This document shows positions 1-8,323 of a stretch of 64,000 nucleotides of DNA, piece after piece; the first letter of the stretch is position 1, and every line of letters starts with the position of its first letter. This DNA is from Mesotaenium endlicherianum (Eukaryota): contig WELA01002708.1 of the NCBI GenBank assembly GCA_009602735.1, positions 186,001 to 250,000 on the forward strand, read 5' to 3'. Below the pieces are notes generated by a model. The model was given only the letters and a program-made list of their open reading frames with translations, was not told where the DNA came from and did no database searches. The position numbers and the translations under genes were made by a program.

Positions 1-527
1 TATCGAAAGTGGCTACGGAAGACTATATTCCTATGGCCGCATATTTTAGCGTGATCTCCGGCATCGATCCGCTGACCATTGACCAGACTTCTCTGTGCGA
101 AGGAAGCACGTCGAATGACAAAGCCAGTTTTTATGAAACATGGCTCAAGCTTCGCCCCGTTGCAGCTCCTGTAGTTCCTTTGCAAAGTGATACCGCATTC
201 GATCCCTTTGGCTATAAGTTGTATGATGTTTACGTGATCCATCCGGCAACAAAATTTCATAACGGCCGTCCGCAATGGGTCAATATGGATGGATGGAAAA
301 AAGAACTGCCCGTGCCTCCGGCGTTTCAATCGCTCTTCTTTGTACAGGCTTATTATGCCAATGAATACAATGATAAAACCGCCGGCCTGGTAGTGCCTGC
401 CGATCAAACTTATATCAATGCACCAAACGGTTATTACTACCTCTATCTACGCAAAGGTAGGTATAAAATAGTTTTCCGGGATAAATTATATGCAGTGTTG
501 GGAGTAAAAGAAATTGAAGTGAAATAG
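1..527 (+). CDS. Hypothetical protein, C-terminal part (5' end outside window)
   Basis: Frame is open from the window edge (TCG AAA GTG...) to TAG at 525-527; no motif I can assign to a function. Confidence 0.7.
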   Translation, partial: SKVATEDYIPMAAYFSVISGIDPLTIDQTSLCEGSTSNDKASFYETWLKLRPVAAPVVPLQSDTAFDPFGYKLYDVYVIHPATKFHNGRPQWVNMDGWKKELPVPPAFQSLFFVQAYYANEYNDKTAGLVVPADQTYINAPNGYYYLYLRKGRYKIVFRDKLYAVLGVKEIEVK

Positions 528-544
528 CGCCTTCAGAATTTGGC

Positions 545-1198
545 TCAATTTTTAGGCAGGGAAGATTTTAGAAAATCAATTTCTTGTCGTGGAAGAAAAA
601 AACCTTTGATGCAGTTAGGGTTTCTGATAGAAAGTTGGATATGCGTTTTTTCAGCGATCCCAGCCCCGGTATATGCAGGGCCGCCTTCGGTAAATACCCC
701 TCTTGCCGAATCGAATATTCTATATTCACTATACCCTTTCAGTTGTATATCTGTAGCAACCCAGTTAGTAATTTGATCATGCATAAATTCTATCACCTTG
801 CAATCCAGTTCACGTAGGATTTTATCTTTATGGTGATCTGTTTTGATGTCTCTATTTTGGGGGAGTGTTTCACCAACATCTTTATAGGTTTGAGCCAGTA
901 ATGAATAAGATCCCTTAATCATTGATATAAATCGCGAATCAGAAAGATCAAAACAATACCCTAAATCCAATACTGCTCCGATTACAGCAGGGGTATCAAT
1001 CTCACCTCTTCGTTTTTTATCTTTTGCCCATTCAAGAGCCCTATCAATGTTGTTTTCCCAGAAATATATGCCATGCCCCAGCCAGTCATAAGGTTTTTCA
1101 CTCTTTTTAATAAAATCCGGATTTGATAACAGCTTGTTCCGAATGGCGGCCTCGCATCCATGAAAAGCAATAATCAACCCTGGCCTCGAATAGTACAT
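545..1198 (-). CDS. ADP-ribosyltransferase-fold-like protein, candidate toxin
   Basis: 217 aa; N-terminal FHGC, then WLGHGIYFWE, and late HIQLSIRN strand resemble the H...G-x-G-x-Y-F...(Q/E) layout of ART folds; 2 bp downstream of a small ORF. Confidence 0.55.
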   Translation of the reverse strand: MYYSRPGLIIAFHGCEAAIRNKLLSNPDFIKKSEKPYDWLGHGIYFWENNIDRALEWAKDKKRRGEIDTPAVIGAVLDLGYCFDLSDSRFISMIKGSYSLLAQTYKDVGETLPQNRDIKTDHHKDKILRELDCKVIEFMHDQITNWVATDIQLKGYSEYRIFDSARGVFTEGGPAYTGAGIAEKTHIQLSIRNPNCIKGFFLPRQEIDFLKSSLPKN

Positions 1199-1200
1199 GG

Positions 1201-1380
1201 TTACTTTGTAACCCCTTTTCTCATGAACCTGCCAATATTCCGATATGGTTTGGTATAATTACCTTTTTTCGTCAGGATACCTGCGGAAACAAGAGACGCA
1301 AACGCTTGTTCTTTTGTACGCTTTTCAGACAGTTTTTTCTTAAACATGTCTATTAACCTTTTAATATCTTGATCAGTCAT
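1201..1380 (-). CDS. Small basic protein (59 aa), candidate antitoxin; absent from ORF track
   Basis: Manual translation: MTDQDIKRLIDMFKKKLSEKRTKEQAFASLVSAGILTKKGNYTKPYRNIGRFMRKGVTK*; ATG 1378-1380, TAA 1201-1203; promoter box 4 nt upstream. Confidence 0.75.
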   Translation of the reverse strand: MTDQDIKRLIDMFKKKLSEKRTKEQAFASLVSAGILTKKGNYTKPYRNIGRFMRKGVTK

Positions 1381-1384
1381 ACTA

Positions 1385-1392
1385 CAAATTTA
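1385..1392 (-). promoter_or_regulatory. Bacteroidota -7 promoter element (TAAATTTG) for the small-ORF/ART-like pair
   Basis: CAAATTTA on + strand matches TAnnTTTG on - strand, just upstream of ATG 1380. Confidence 0.6.
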
Positions 1393-1491
1393 CTGTAAGC
1401 AGCTTGCAAAAAAACAGGAGTTTGTACGTGATTTTTTTAGCAATAAATCAGATCAGGAATATACAATTGAAGAACCGTATTCAATCGGTCA

Positions 1492-1677
1492 TCAGCTATG
1501 CAAGCCGAAATAAGAAAGGGTTATCCATACTGCCACAAAGAAAAAAGCAGCCAATGCATCATTGGTCAATGATTTGAACGGTCTTTTCCTGATAAAAAGT
1601 TGGTAGAAAATCCACAGTACCATTAAAATAACAGGGCCGAAAAAACGCAGCATCCATAGCGTATAAGGAACAGACAT
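1492..1677 (-). CDS. Small membrane protein (2 predicted TM)
   Basis: 61 aa with two hydrophobic stretches; fills the gap downstream of the SpmAB-like gene. Confidence 0.55.
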   Translation of the reverse strand: MSVPYTLWMLRFFGPVILMVLWIFYQLFIRKRPFKSLTNDALAAFFFVAVWITLSYFGLHS

Positions 1678-1727
1678 ATACTTTCTATTTTCCTTGAAGT
1701 GTTTCGCTGCTATAAAGGTATAACTTA

Positions 1728-2987
1728 TTATTTAAAAAAGATATACCCTATGAATACCGCAGCTATCACTCCTATCAGATCGGCCAGCATACCGGCCCAG
1801 ATGGCATAACGCACTCTCTTGATGCCTACGCTACCGAAATACAACGCAACAATATAAAAAGTAGTATCGGCGCTGCCCTGGAATGTAGAAGCCAACTGGC
1901 CAATGAAACTATCAGGGCCATGCGTTTTGAAGATATCCAGCATCAGCCCCCGGGCGCCGCCACCGCTGAACGGACGCATGATGGCAACCGGCAGGGCCGG
2001 TACAAAATCGCCCCGCATACCGCTGGCCGTAAAACACCAGGTAATAGCGTTGATGATCGCATCCAAAGCGCCACTGTCGCGGAATACACGAATGCCTACC
2101 AGCAACCCTACTAAGTATGGAATGACTTTGATCACCACATCCCAACCTTGCTTGGCCCCATCAATGAACGCTTCAAAGACATTGATCTTTTTCACCCAGC
2201 CACCGATGAGGAAAGAAGCCACGATAAGAAACAGTATCAGGTTACCCAGCACATCGGTGAATGTTTCCTTGGCAAAAAGCGTGGGGCTGCCCGCAGCGGC
2301 TTTCGAAGGCAATCCATCTATAAACCATGCAAATAATAATACACTGGCAATGATACCTCCCAACCACAATAGCAATACTTTATCCATCCGGATGCGCTGG
2401 TATGCAATGGTGATGATGATGCTGGCCATCGTTGCAACAGTGGTAGCTACCATCAGGGGCACGAATACACTGGTTGGATTGACACTGCCCGCCCCGGCGC
2501 GATAGGCAATGATCGACAAAGGAATGAGGGTGAGTCCGCTCGTGTGCAGCACCAGGAACATGATCTGTGCATTGCTGGCCGTGTCTTTGGCAGGATTCAG
2601 TTCCTGCAGGCTGTTCATGGCTTTCAGTCCGAATGGGGTGGCTGCATTATCCAAACCCAGCATATTGGCGCTGAAATTCATCACCATTTGTCCCATAGCC
2701 GGGTGCTTTTCAGGTACTTCCGGGAACAACCGCTTCATAAAAGGATTCAGCAAACGTGCCAGGAAATTAACGGCACCGGCCTTCTCTCCAATATTCATCA
2801 ATCCCATGAAAAACATCATGGCGCCGGCCAGCGGAAGGCCTATTTCCATCACAGAAGACTTGGAAGCATCGAATATTCCCTCCACCAGTTTTTTGAATAT
2901 TTCATAATCCTGGAAAACGATCAGTTTCACCAAAGCGATCGCCAGTCCGATCAGGAAGAAAAATATCCAAACATAGTTTAATGCCAT
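1728..2987 (-). CDS. Nucleoside recognition (Gate) domain membrane protein, fused SpmA/SpmB-like
   Basis: ANMLGLDNAATPFGLKAM and RPFSGGGARG...GSADTTFY motifs; ATG 2987 preferred over TTG 2996. Confidence 0.85.
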   Translation of the reverse strand: MALNYVWIFFFLIGLAIALVKLIVFQDYEIFKKLVEGIFDASKSSVMEIGLPLAGAMMFFMGLMNIGEKAGAVNFLARLLNPFMKRLFPEVPEKHPAMGQMVMNFSANMLGLDNAATPFGLKAMNSLQELNPAKDTASNAQIMFLVLHTSGLTLIPLSIIAYRAGAGSVNPTSVFVPLMVATTVATMASIIITIAYQRIRMDKVLLLWLGGIIASVLLFAWFIDGLPSKAAAGSPTLFAKETFTDVLGNLILFLIVASFLIGGWVKKINVFEAFIDGAKQGWDVVIKVIPYLVGLLVGIRVFRDSGALDAIINAITWCFTASGMRGDFVPALPVAIMRPFSGGGARGLMLDIFKTHGPDSFIGQLASTFQGSADTTFYIVALYFGSVGIKRVRYAIWAGMLADLIGVIAAVFIGYIFFK

Positions 2988-3024
2988 AGCCTGCAATTAA
3001 TGAGGTGAAAATAAGGAATGGGGC

Positions 3025-3032
3025 TATATTTG
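3025..3032 (+). promoter_or_regulatory. -7 promoter element (TATATTTG) upstream of ychF
   Basis: Exact TAnnTTTG, 21 nt before ATG 3054. Confidence 0.65.
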
Positions 3033-3053
3033 CGGCTCAAATTTTGAAGTAAT

Positions 3054-4157
3054 ATGGCTTTACAAGCAGGAATCGTGGGACTACCCAATGTGGGAAAATC
3101 GACTTTGTTCAATGCCGTGAGCAACAGCGCCAAGGCGCAGGCAAGCAATTACAGGTTCTGTACCATTGAACCCAATGTTGGATTGGTAGACGTGCCCGAT
3201 GAACGCCTGAACAAGCTGACCGAACTGGTAGTACCCAATCGTACCGTGCCTACCCAGATGGAGATCGTGGACATCGCCGGACTCGTAAAAGGCGCCAGTA
3301 AAGGCGAAGGTTTGGGTAATAAATTCCTGGGCAATATCCGTGAAGTGGACGCCATCATTCACGTGATACGCTGTTTTGAAGACGAGAACGTATTGCGCGA
3401 AGAAGGCGCCATCAACCCTTTGAGCGATAAAGAGATCATCGATACGGAACTACAGCTGAAAGACCTGGAGAGCGTGGAAAAGAAAATGCAGCGCGTAGAA
3501 AAAATGGCCCGCGTAGGTACCGATGCCAAGTCCAAAGCAGAATTCGAGGTACTGACACGTTGTAAAGAACACCTGGAAAAAGGGAAAGGCATCTTCTCAC
3601 TGGGATTGAGTAAAGAAGAAAAGACAGCCGTAGCCGATCTTTTCCTGCTCACCGATAAACCCGTGTTGTATGTAGCCAATGTTGACGAAGCATCCATGCA
3701 TACCGGCAACAAATTCTCTCAAATACTGATCGACGGTGTGAAAGGCGAAGGCGCCGAAGTGATTGTAATGTGTAACAATATTGAAGCACAGATCGCCGAA
3801 ATGGAATCACCGGATGACAAGCAGATGTTCATGGAAGAGTACAAAATGACTGAGCCCGCCTTGAACCGCCTCATCCGCTCTGCCTATAAATTGCTCAACC
3901 TCGATACTTATTTCACCGCCGGCGTACAGGAAGTACGGGCATGGACCATTCACAAAGGATGGAAAGCGCCGCAGGCTGCCGGTGTGATCCACAGCGATTT
4001 TGAAAAAGGATTCATCAAGGCTGAGGTGATCGCTTATGATGATTTTGTTAAATTCGGAAGTGAAGCCGCAGCGCGCGACAACGGCAGGTTGCGCATAGAA
4101 GGAAAAGAGTATCTCGTCAAAGATGGCGACATCATGCACTTCAGGTTTAATGTGTAA
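3054..4157 (+). CDS. ychF: Redox-regulated ATPase YchF (Obg family)
   Basis: GIVGLPNVGKSTLFN, FCTIEPN, DIAGLVKGAS..GEGLGNKFL, C-terminal DGDIMHFRFNV. Confidence 0.97.
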   Translation: MALQAGIVGLPNVGKSTLFNAVSNSAKAQASNYRFCTIEPNVGLVDVPDERLNKLTELVVPNRTVPTQMEIVDIAGLVKGASKGEGLGNKFLGNIREVDAIIHVIRCFEDENVLREEGAINPLSDKEIIDTELQLKDLESVEKKMQRVEKMARVGTDAKSKAEFEVLTRCKEHLEKGKGIFSLGLSKEEKTAVADLFLLTDKPVLYVANVDEASMHTGNKFSQILIDGVKGEGAEVIVMCNNIEAQIAEMESPDDKQMFMEEYKMTEPALNRLIRSAYKLLNLDTYFTAGVQEVRAWTIHKGWKAPQAAGVIHSDFEKGFIKAEVIAYDDFVKFGSEAAARDNGRLRIEGKEYLVKDGDIMHFRFNV

Positions 4158-4166
4158 ATTGGAGCC

Positions 4167-4976
4167 ATGAAAAAGACCTTTCTTGCATTTATTGCTGCCA
4201 CTGCTTTATTAGCAGGCTGTCGTGATACCAACAAAAGCGACGATGCATCGGCTCCTGCCATTCTTGCTCCGGCAGTGATCAATTACAGCCTGGTAAAAGT
4301 GTACCCGCATGATACCAGTTCTTATACGCAGGGACTGATCTGGCAGAACAATACCATGTATGAAGGAACAGGCTGGCGTGGGGTTAGTAAGCTGCGCACT
4401 ATAGATATCAATACGGGTAAACCCATCAAGCAAATATCACTGCCTGATACCGTTTTTGGTGAAGGAATCGCTATATTAAACAACAAGATATATCAACTTA
4501 CCTATCAAGAACACAAAGTATACGTTTACGATCTATCCAGTTTCAAAAAACTGCAGGAATTTGAGTGGCCCTATGAAGGATGGGGACTCACCACAAATGG
4601 TAAACAACTAATTATTTCAACCGGCGATAGCAACCTGTATTTCGTAAACCCTGAAAACTTCCACATCGAAAGAACTGTTGGCGTAAGTGATAATAATGGG
4701 TATGTACCCAACCTGAATGAGTTGGAATATGTTAATGGTAGTATTTATGCTAACGTTTACGAAACCGACTATATTATCAAGATTAACCCGGAAACAGGCC
4801 ATGTGGATGGTAAGGTCGATATGTCGAGTTTATTACAAAAAGCAGGCGCCACTTATGATCCCCGACAGGTAGATGCTGGTTATGTTTTGAATGGCATTGC
4901 TTATGATGCTGCCAAAAACAGCTTTTATATTACCGGGAAAAGATGGCCTATCCTCTGTGAAGTGAAGTTCAATTAA
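4167..4976 (+). CDS. Glutaminyl-peptide cyclotransferase (beta-propeller type), lipoprotein
   Basis: Lipobox LLAGC; YPHD..YTQGL, FGEGI, EGWGL, LNELE, VLNGIAYD, TGKRWP motifs. Confidence 0.9.
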   Translation: MKKTFLAFIAATALLAGCRDTNKSDDASAPAILAPAVINYSLVKVYPHDTSSYTQGLIWQNNTMYEGTGWRGVSKLRTIDINTGKPIKQISLPDTVFGEGIAILNNKIYQLTYQEHKVYVYDLSSFKKLQEFEWPYEGWGLTTNGKQLIISTGDSNLYFVNPENFHIERTVGVSDNNGYVPNLNELEYVNGSIYANVYETDYIIKINPETGHVDGKVDMSSLLQKAGATYDPRQVDAGYVLNGIAYDAAKNSFYITGKRWPILCEVKFN

Positions 4977-5887
4977 ACACTGCCTTTTTTTGAAAAAACA
5001 TAGATCACCGAGCTGCATTTTTTTGCATTAGAGAATGCTTTGACATTCGACCAGATGCCTGTACGCAGCGCCCCGGGGAGATTGGATTTCCCATTCTTAT
5101 ATTGTTCACTAAGCATCGATACATACAGGCTATCGAACCACATAGGTAAAGTTGTTTCCAGCCTGAAGCCTTTTTGTTGTGCGAGTAATTCCATTCCTGC
5201 AGGAGAGAAATGATATAGGTGCCTGGGCACATCGTAAGCCGCCCAATACTGTTGGTACACCGTAGCATCGTAACTGGTATAATTAGGTACGGCAATAACC
5301 AGTTTCCCTCCAGGTTTCAGTATGCGGGCAAATGTTTGCAGGTACCCGTGCAGGTCGTGCACATGTTCCAGCACATGCCAGAGGCTGATCGCATCGTAAC
5401 GGGCATCGGGCAGTGTATACAATGTTTCCGGTGCTTGCAGCTCCAGTCCGTATTTCGTTTTGGCCCGCTGCCTTGCCGTTTCATCAGGCTCTAATGCCGT
5501 TACCTCCCAGCCTGCTTCGCGCATCGCATCTGCAAAAGCGCCGATGCCGGCGCCCACATCCAACAATAATCCTTTTTCTTTACCTGTAACGCGCTGTATC
5601 AATTTTCTTTTGCTGCGCAACGTGTAATTACGCACCAGGTGGTAAAGACGGTTGATAAGTCCTTTATTGGTATCTGAATGGGAAATGTAGGCGGCGGACT
5701 GGTAATAGAGACCAATAGATGCAGCATCGGGCACCAGTTGTGTAAACCGGTTTGCGCATCCGTCGCAATGCCATACTTCGAAGAGCTCTTTGCTCACCGT
5801 ATGGTCTTTTACTCCCAATACGGGTTGTATTGCAGCACTCTGGCAAAAAGGGCACAGGGTATGATTGATAAAATTTTTGTCGCTCAT
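4973..5887 (-). CDS. Class I SAM-dependent methyltransferase with N-terminal Zn ribbon
   Basis: CPFC...CDGC, LLDVGAGIG, LWHVLEH, DVPRHLYHF. Confidence 0.88.
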   Translation of the reverse strand: MSDKNFINHTLCPFCQSAAIQPVLGVKDHTVSKELFEVWHCDGCANRFTQLVPDAASIGLYYQSAAYISHSDTNKGLINRLYHLVRNYTLRSKRKLIQRVTGKEKGLLLDVGAGIGAFADAMREAGWEVTALEPDETARQRAKTKYGLELQAPETLYTLPDARYDAISLWHVLEHVHDLHGYLQTFARILKPGGKLVIAVPNYTSYDATVYQQYWAAYDVPRHLYHFSPAGMELLAQQKGFRLETTLPMWFDSLYVSMLSEQYKNGKSNLPGALRTGIWSNVKAFSNAKKCSSVIYVFSKKGSV

Positions 5888-5929
5888 GATCATCTGAAAA
5901 TAGATCGAACCGGATGCAAAGAAAAGAGA

Positions 5930-6496
5930 TTATGCGTAGTAAAAAAGAATGATTCCTATACCGATCAATAACAAGATAGCGGCATAGAGCCACCATTTAT
6001 TATTGGAAGCTGAAGTTGGTTCGGCTTCTGCATATTCATTGCTGGTAGCTGCTTCGTTGGTTTTGAGTGCATGTGGCATGGATGCTGTATGCTCAAAAAC
6101 AATGCCATCCGGCAGTGATACAGGCGGTAATAACTCATGCGGACTGGCAACGGCGCGGAATTCAGTTGTTCCATCTTCCCGTATAAAGAGATGGCCCACT
6201 TCCTTCAATTCAACTCCTGATTCACTGGTTACTTTGGTTTTCAGCTCTTCGGTATAGTCTCTGAAACGGTTAATGGCATCTACTTCATCTGTATCCATTT
6301 CCCATGCAAGAAAATCATAGAACTGTTTATCGGCCTGTACCGCCTGTTGACGAAAACTGATCACGGGAACCGGCGCCTGTATCAGCTTGCCGCCTTCCTC
6401 CATCCGGGCAGGCCTGTTTTCAATAAGGAAGCGGCCCAGGCCCGGGATATCTAACCGGCGATGCAATACCAGGTATTTATACAGGTGTTCGTCCAT
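5930..6496 (-). CDS. HU/CCDC81-like domain protein with C-terminal membrane anchor
   Basis: L-x-IPGLGRF and VELKEVGHL HU-like segments; terminal hydrophobic helix WWLYAAILLLIGIGIILFYY. Confidence 0.6.
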   Translation of the reverse strand: MDEHLYKYLVLHRRLDIPGLGRFLIENRPARMEEGGKLIQAPVPVISFRQQAVQADKQFYDFLAWEMDTDEVDAINRFRDYTEELKTKVTSESGVELKEVGHLFIREDGTTEFRAVASPHELLPPVSLPDGIVFEHTASMPHALKTNEAATSNEYAEAEPTSASNNKWWLYAAILLLIGIGIILFYYA

Positions 6497-6505
6497 CTTG
6501 CTTTT

Positions 6506-8311
6506 TTACCGGAACGAATATACAACTCCTCCCAACACATTCAGTCCCAATACCTCGTATTGGTTCCACCGCTGGTATTTGTTATTGAGGAGGTTGTTCA
6601 CCTGGAACCATAGGTTGAGCTTGGGCATCACTGCAAATTCTATTCCCAGGTTGAGGTCGGCAGCGGGATCCAGCTTCATGGCCTGCATCGATTTACTGCG
6701 GTAATAAGGTCCGTCCCACAGGAATGCATCTGCTTTTACCTGTAGGTCTTTCAGCACTTTCCATTTCAGGGTACCCGTCACTTCAAAAGGCAATTGTCCC
6801 CATGCCTGTTCATTCACCACCAGGGAAGAGAATTTTTGGAAAGTAGCGCCGGCCAGGAAGGAGAATTTCTCCTGTACATTATACCCTACTTCTCCATGCA
6901 GCTTCATCAGTTGCATACTAGGTTCATACAGTACGTTGAATGTCTTTCCATCGAGCAGGTCATTCACAAAAAGCGGTTGGTTATTGAGCTTGATGAACGA
7001 TACGCGTCCTTTATACGTAAAATGATTTCCAGCAGAGCCTTTGATGCCTGCATAGGTTTCTATCGCTTTGGTATTCTGCAGGTCTGTAAGCGCTGCTAAC
7101 CAGGGGTTGAATCCTGCGAGGGAATAGTAAGTATTCTTGTTATAATAACCTGTCCATCCGCCTTCCACCACCAGGGCGCTCTCCTTGATCCTCGCTTCTG
7201 CCGTGATATTGGGCAGGGTTGAAAAGTTCTGGTTATCCCATGAAGGTTGAATACCCAGGTAGAGTTTGAAATTGGGCGTGTTGAATTGTAAGGTTGGACT
7301 TACATAATAAAGGTTGTTCTTCAGTGTACGCTGGTTCGGCGTGGAAGGGAAGAAAGTGGCTTTGGAAATATCAGCTGTGAGTCCCAGGTCAAACGCATAG
7401 ATCTTTGCAAAACCTTTATTGATATTTGCTTTGGCCACCAGTGCGTATTCTTTATTATCGCGGTTATCGGCAAAATAGCGCAGCTGCACCTGCGGGTGGT
7501 AAGTAATATTAAAATCGTTGCGGGCCTTGTTCTGCAATCCCACTTCTATTCCTGCGGTATTGAAGCGGTTCAGCAAGCTGTCTTTTTTATAATTCAACGA
7601 AGCCGGCTCGTAACCGTAAAAATAGCGCGTGGTGTTTTCATAAAAGGCTTTGGTGGTCCATTCGTTGTTGTGATTGGTATTCAGAATAGAGATCACATTC
7701 ATGCCGAATTTCGAATATTGTTGTGCCGGCAGATTGCCCTTGGTGGTTAAATAATTGGCGCGCAGGTTGGTGATGGATTTTTTGCCATCTCCAAAAGAGA
7801 AGGCGCCTTCGGCCAACCCCATAGTATAATTGCCGATACCTGCTTTTATGTAATGGTCATTCACCCATGCCAGGCCACTATCCTGCGGCAGGGCCAGCGG
7901 TTTGATAGGTACGGGCTGGTAAGAGAACAGGAGGTTCTGCGCAGGAATATTATACAGCACAGGTACGCGTGATGAGTCTATCACCGGCGAAGCAGCGGTA
8001 AAATTCACTTTGGCCGCATTCTTCAATGAAGGCTTGAATGCAGAAGTCACGGTTACTACACGGGGCGCGGTAGTGTCTCCCAAGCCTTCGCGATTCAGTT
8101 TTGCCGGCGTAGATTCGGCCGCACTGAAAACGGCCGTCTTTTTCTTCGCAGGCGTAGCAGCCGTGTGAGACTTTTTTGTTTTCGCGGGCGCTTTTTTGTG
8201 TGCTGCTGTCTGTACTTTTTTCTTACCCTTCTTTTTATGCTGGGCCTGTACCGTTGCCGTTGTCAACGATACAAGCAAAAGAAAGCAACATATTTTCTTA
8301 CAATAATGCAT
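6506..8311 (-). CDS. TonB-dependent-receptor-like outer-membrane beta-barrel protein
   Basis: Signal peptide, Lys/Ala-rich N-terminus, NNLLNNKY and terminal GGVVYSF beta-signal; follows the TPR gene. Confidence 0.75.
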   Translation of the reverse strand: MHYCKKICCFLLLVSLTTATVQAQHKKKGKKKVQTAAHKKAPAKTKKSHTAATPAKKKTAVFSAAESTPAKLNREGLGDTTAPRVVTVTSAFKPSLKNAAKVNFTAASPVIDSSRVPVLYNIPAQNLLFSYQPVPIKPLALPQDSGLAWVNDHYIKAGIGNYTMGLAEGAFSFGDGKKSITNLRANYLTTKGNLPAQQYSKFGMNVISILNTNHNNEWTTKAFYENTTRYFYGYEPASLNYKKDSLLNRFNTAGIEVGLQNKARNDFNITYHPQVQLRYFADNRDNKEYALVAKANINKGFAKIYAFDLGLTADISKATFFPSTPNQRTLKNNLYYVSPTLQFNTPNFKLYLGIQPSWDNQNFSTLPNITAEARIKESALVVEGGWTGYYNKNTYYSLAGFNPWLAALTDLQNTKAIETYAGIKGSAGNHFTYKGRVSFIKLNNQPLFVNDLLDGKTFNVLYEPSMQLMKLHGEVGYNVQEKFSFLAGATFQKFSSLVVNEQAWGQLPFEVTGTLKWKVLKDLQVKADAFLWDGPYYRSKSMQAMKLDPAADLNLGIEFAVMPKLNLWFQVNNLLNNKYQRWNQYEVLGLNVLGGVVYSFR

Positions 8312-8323
8312 GTATGTAATACT

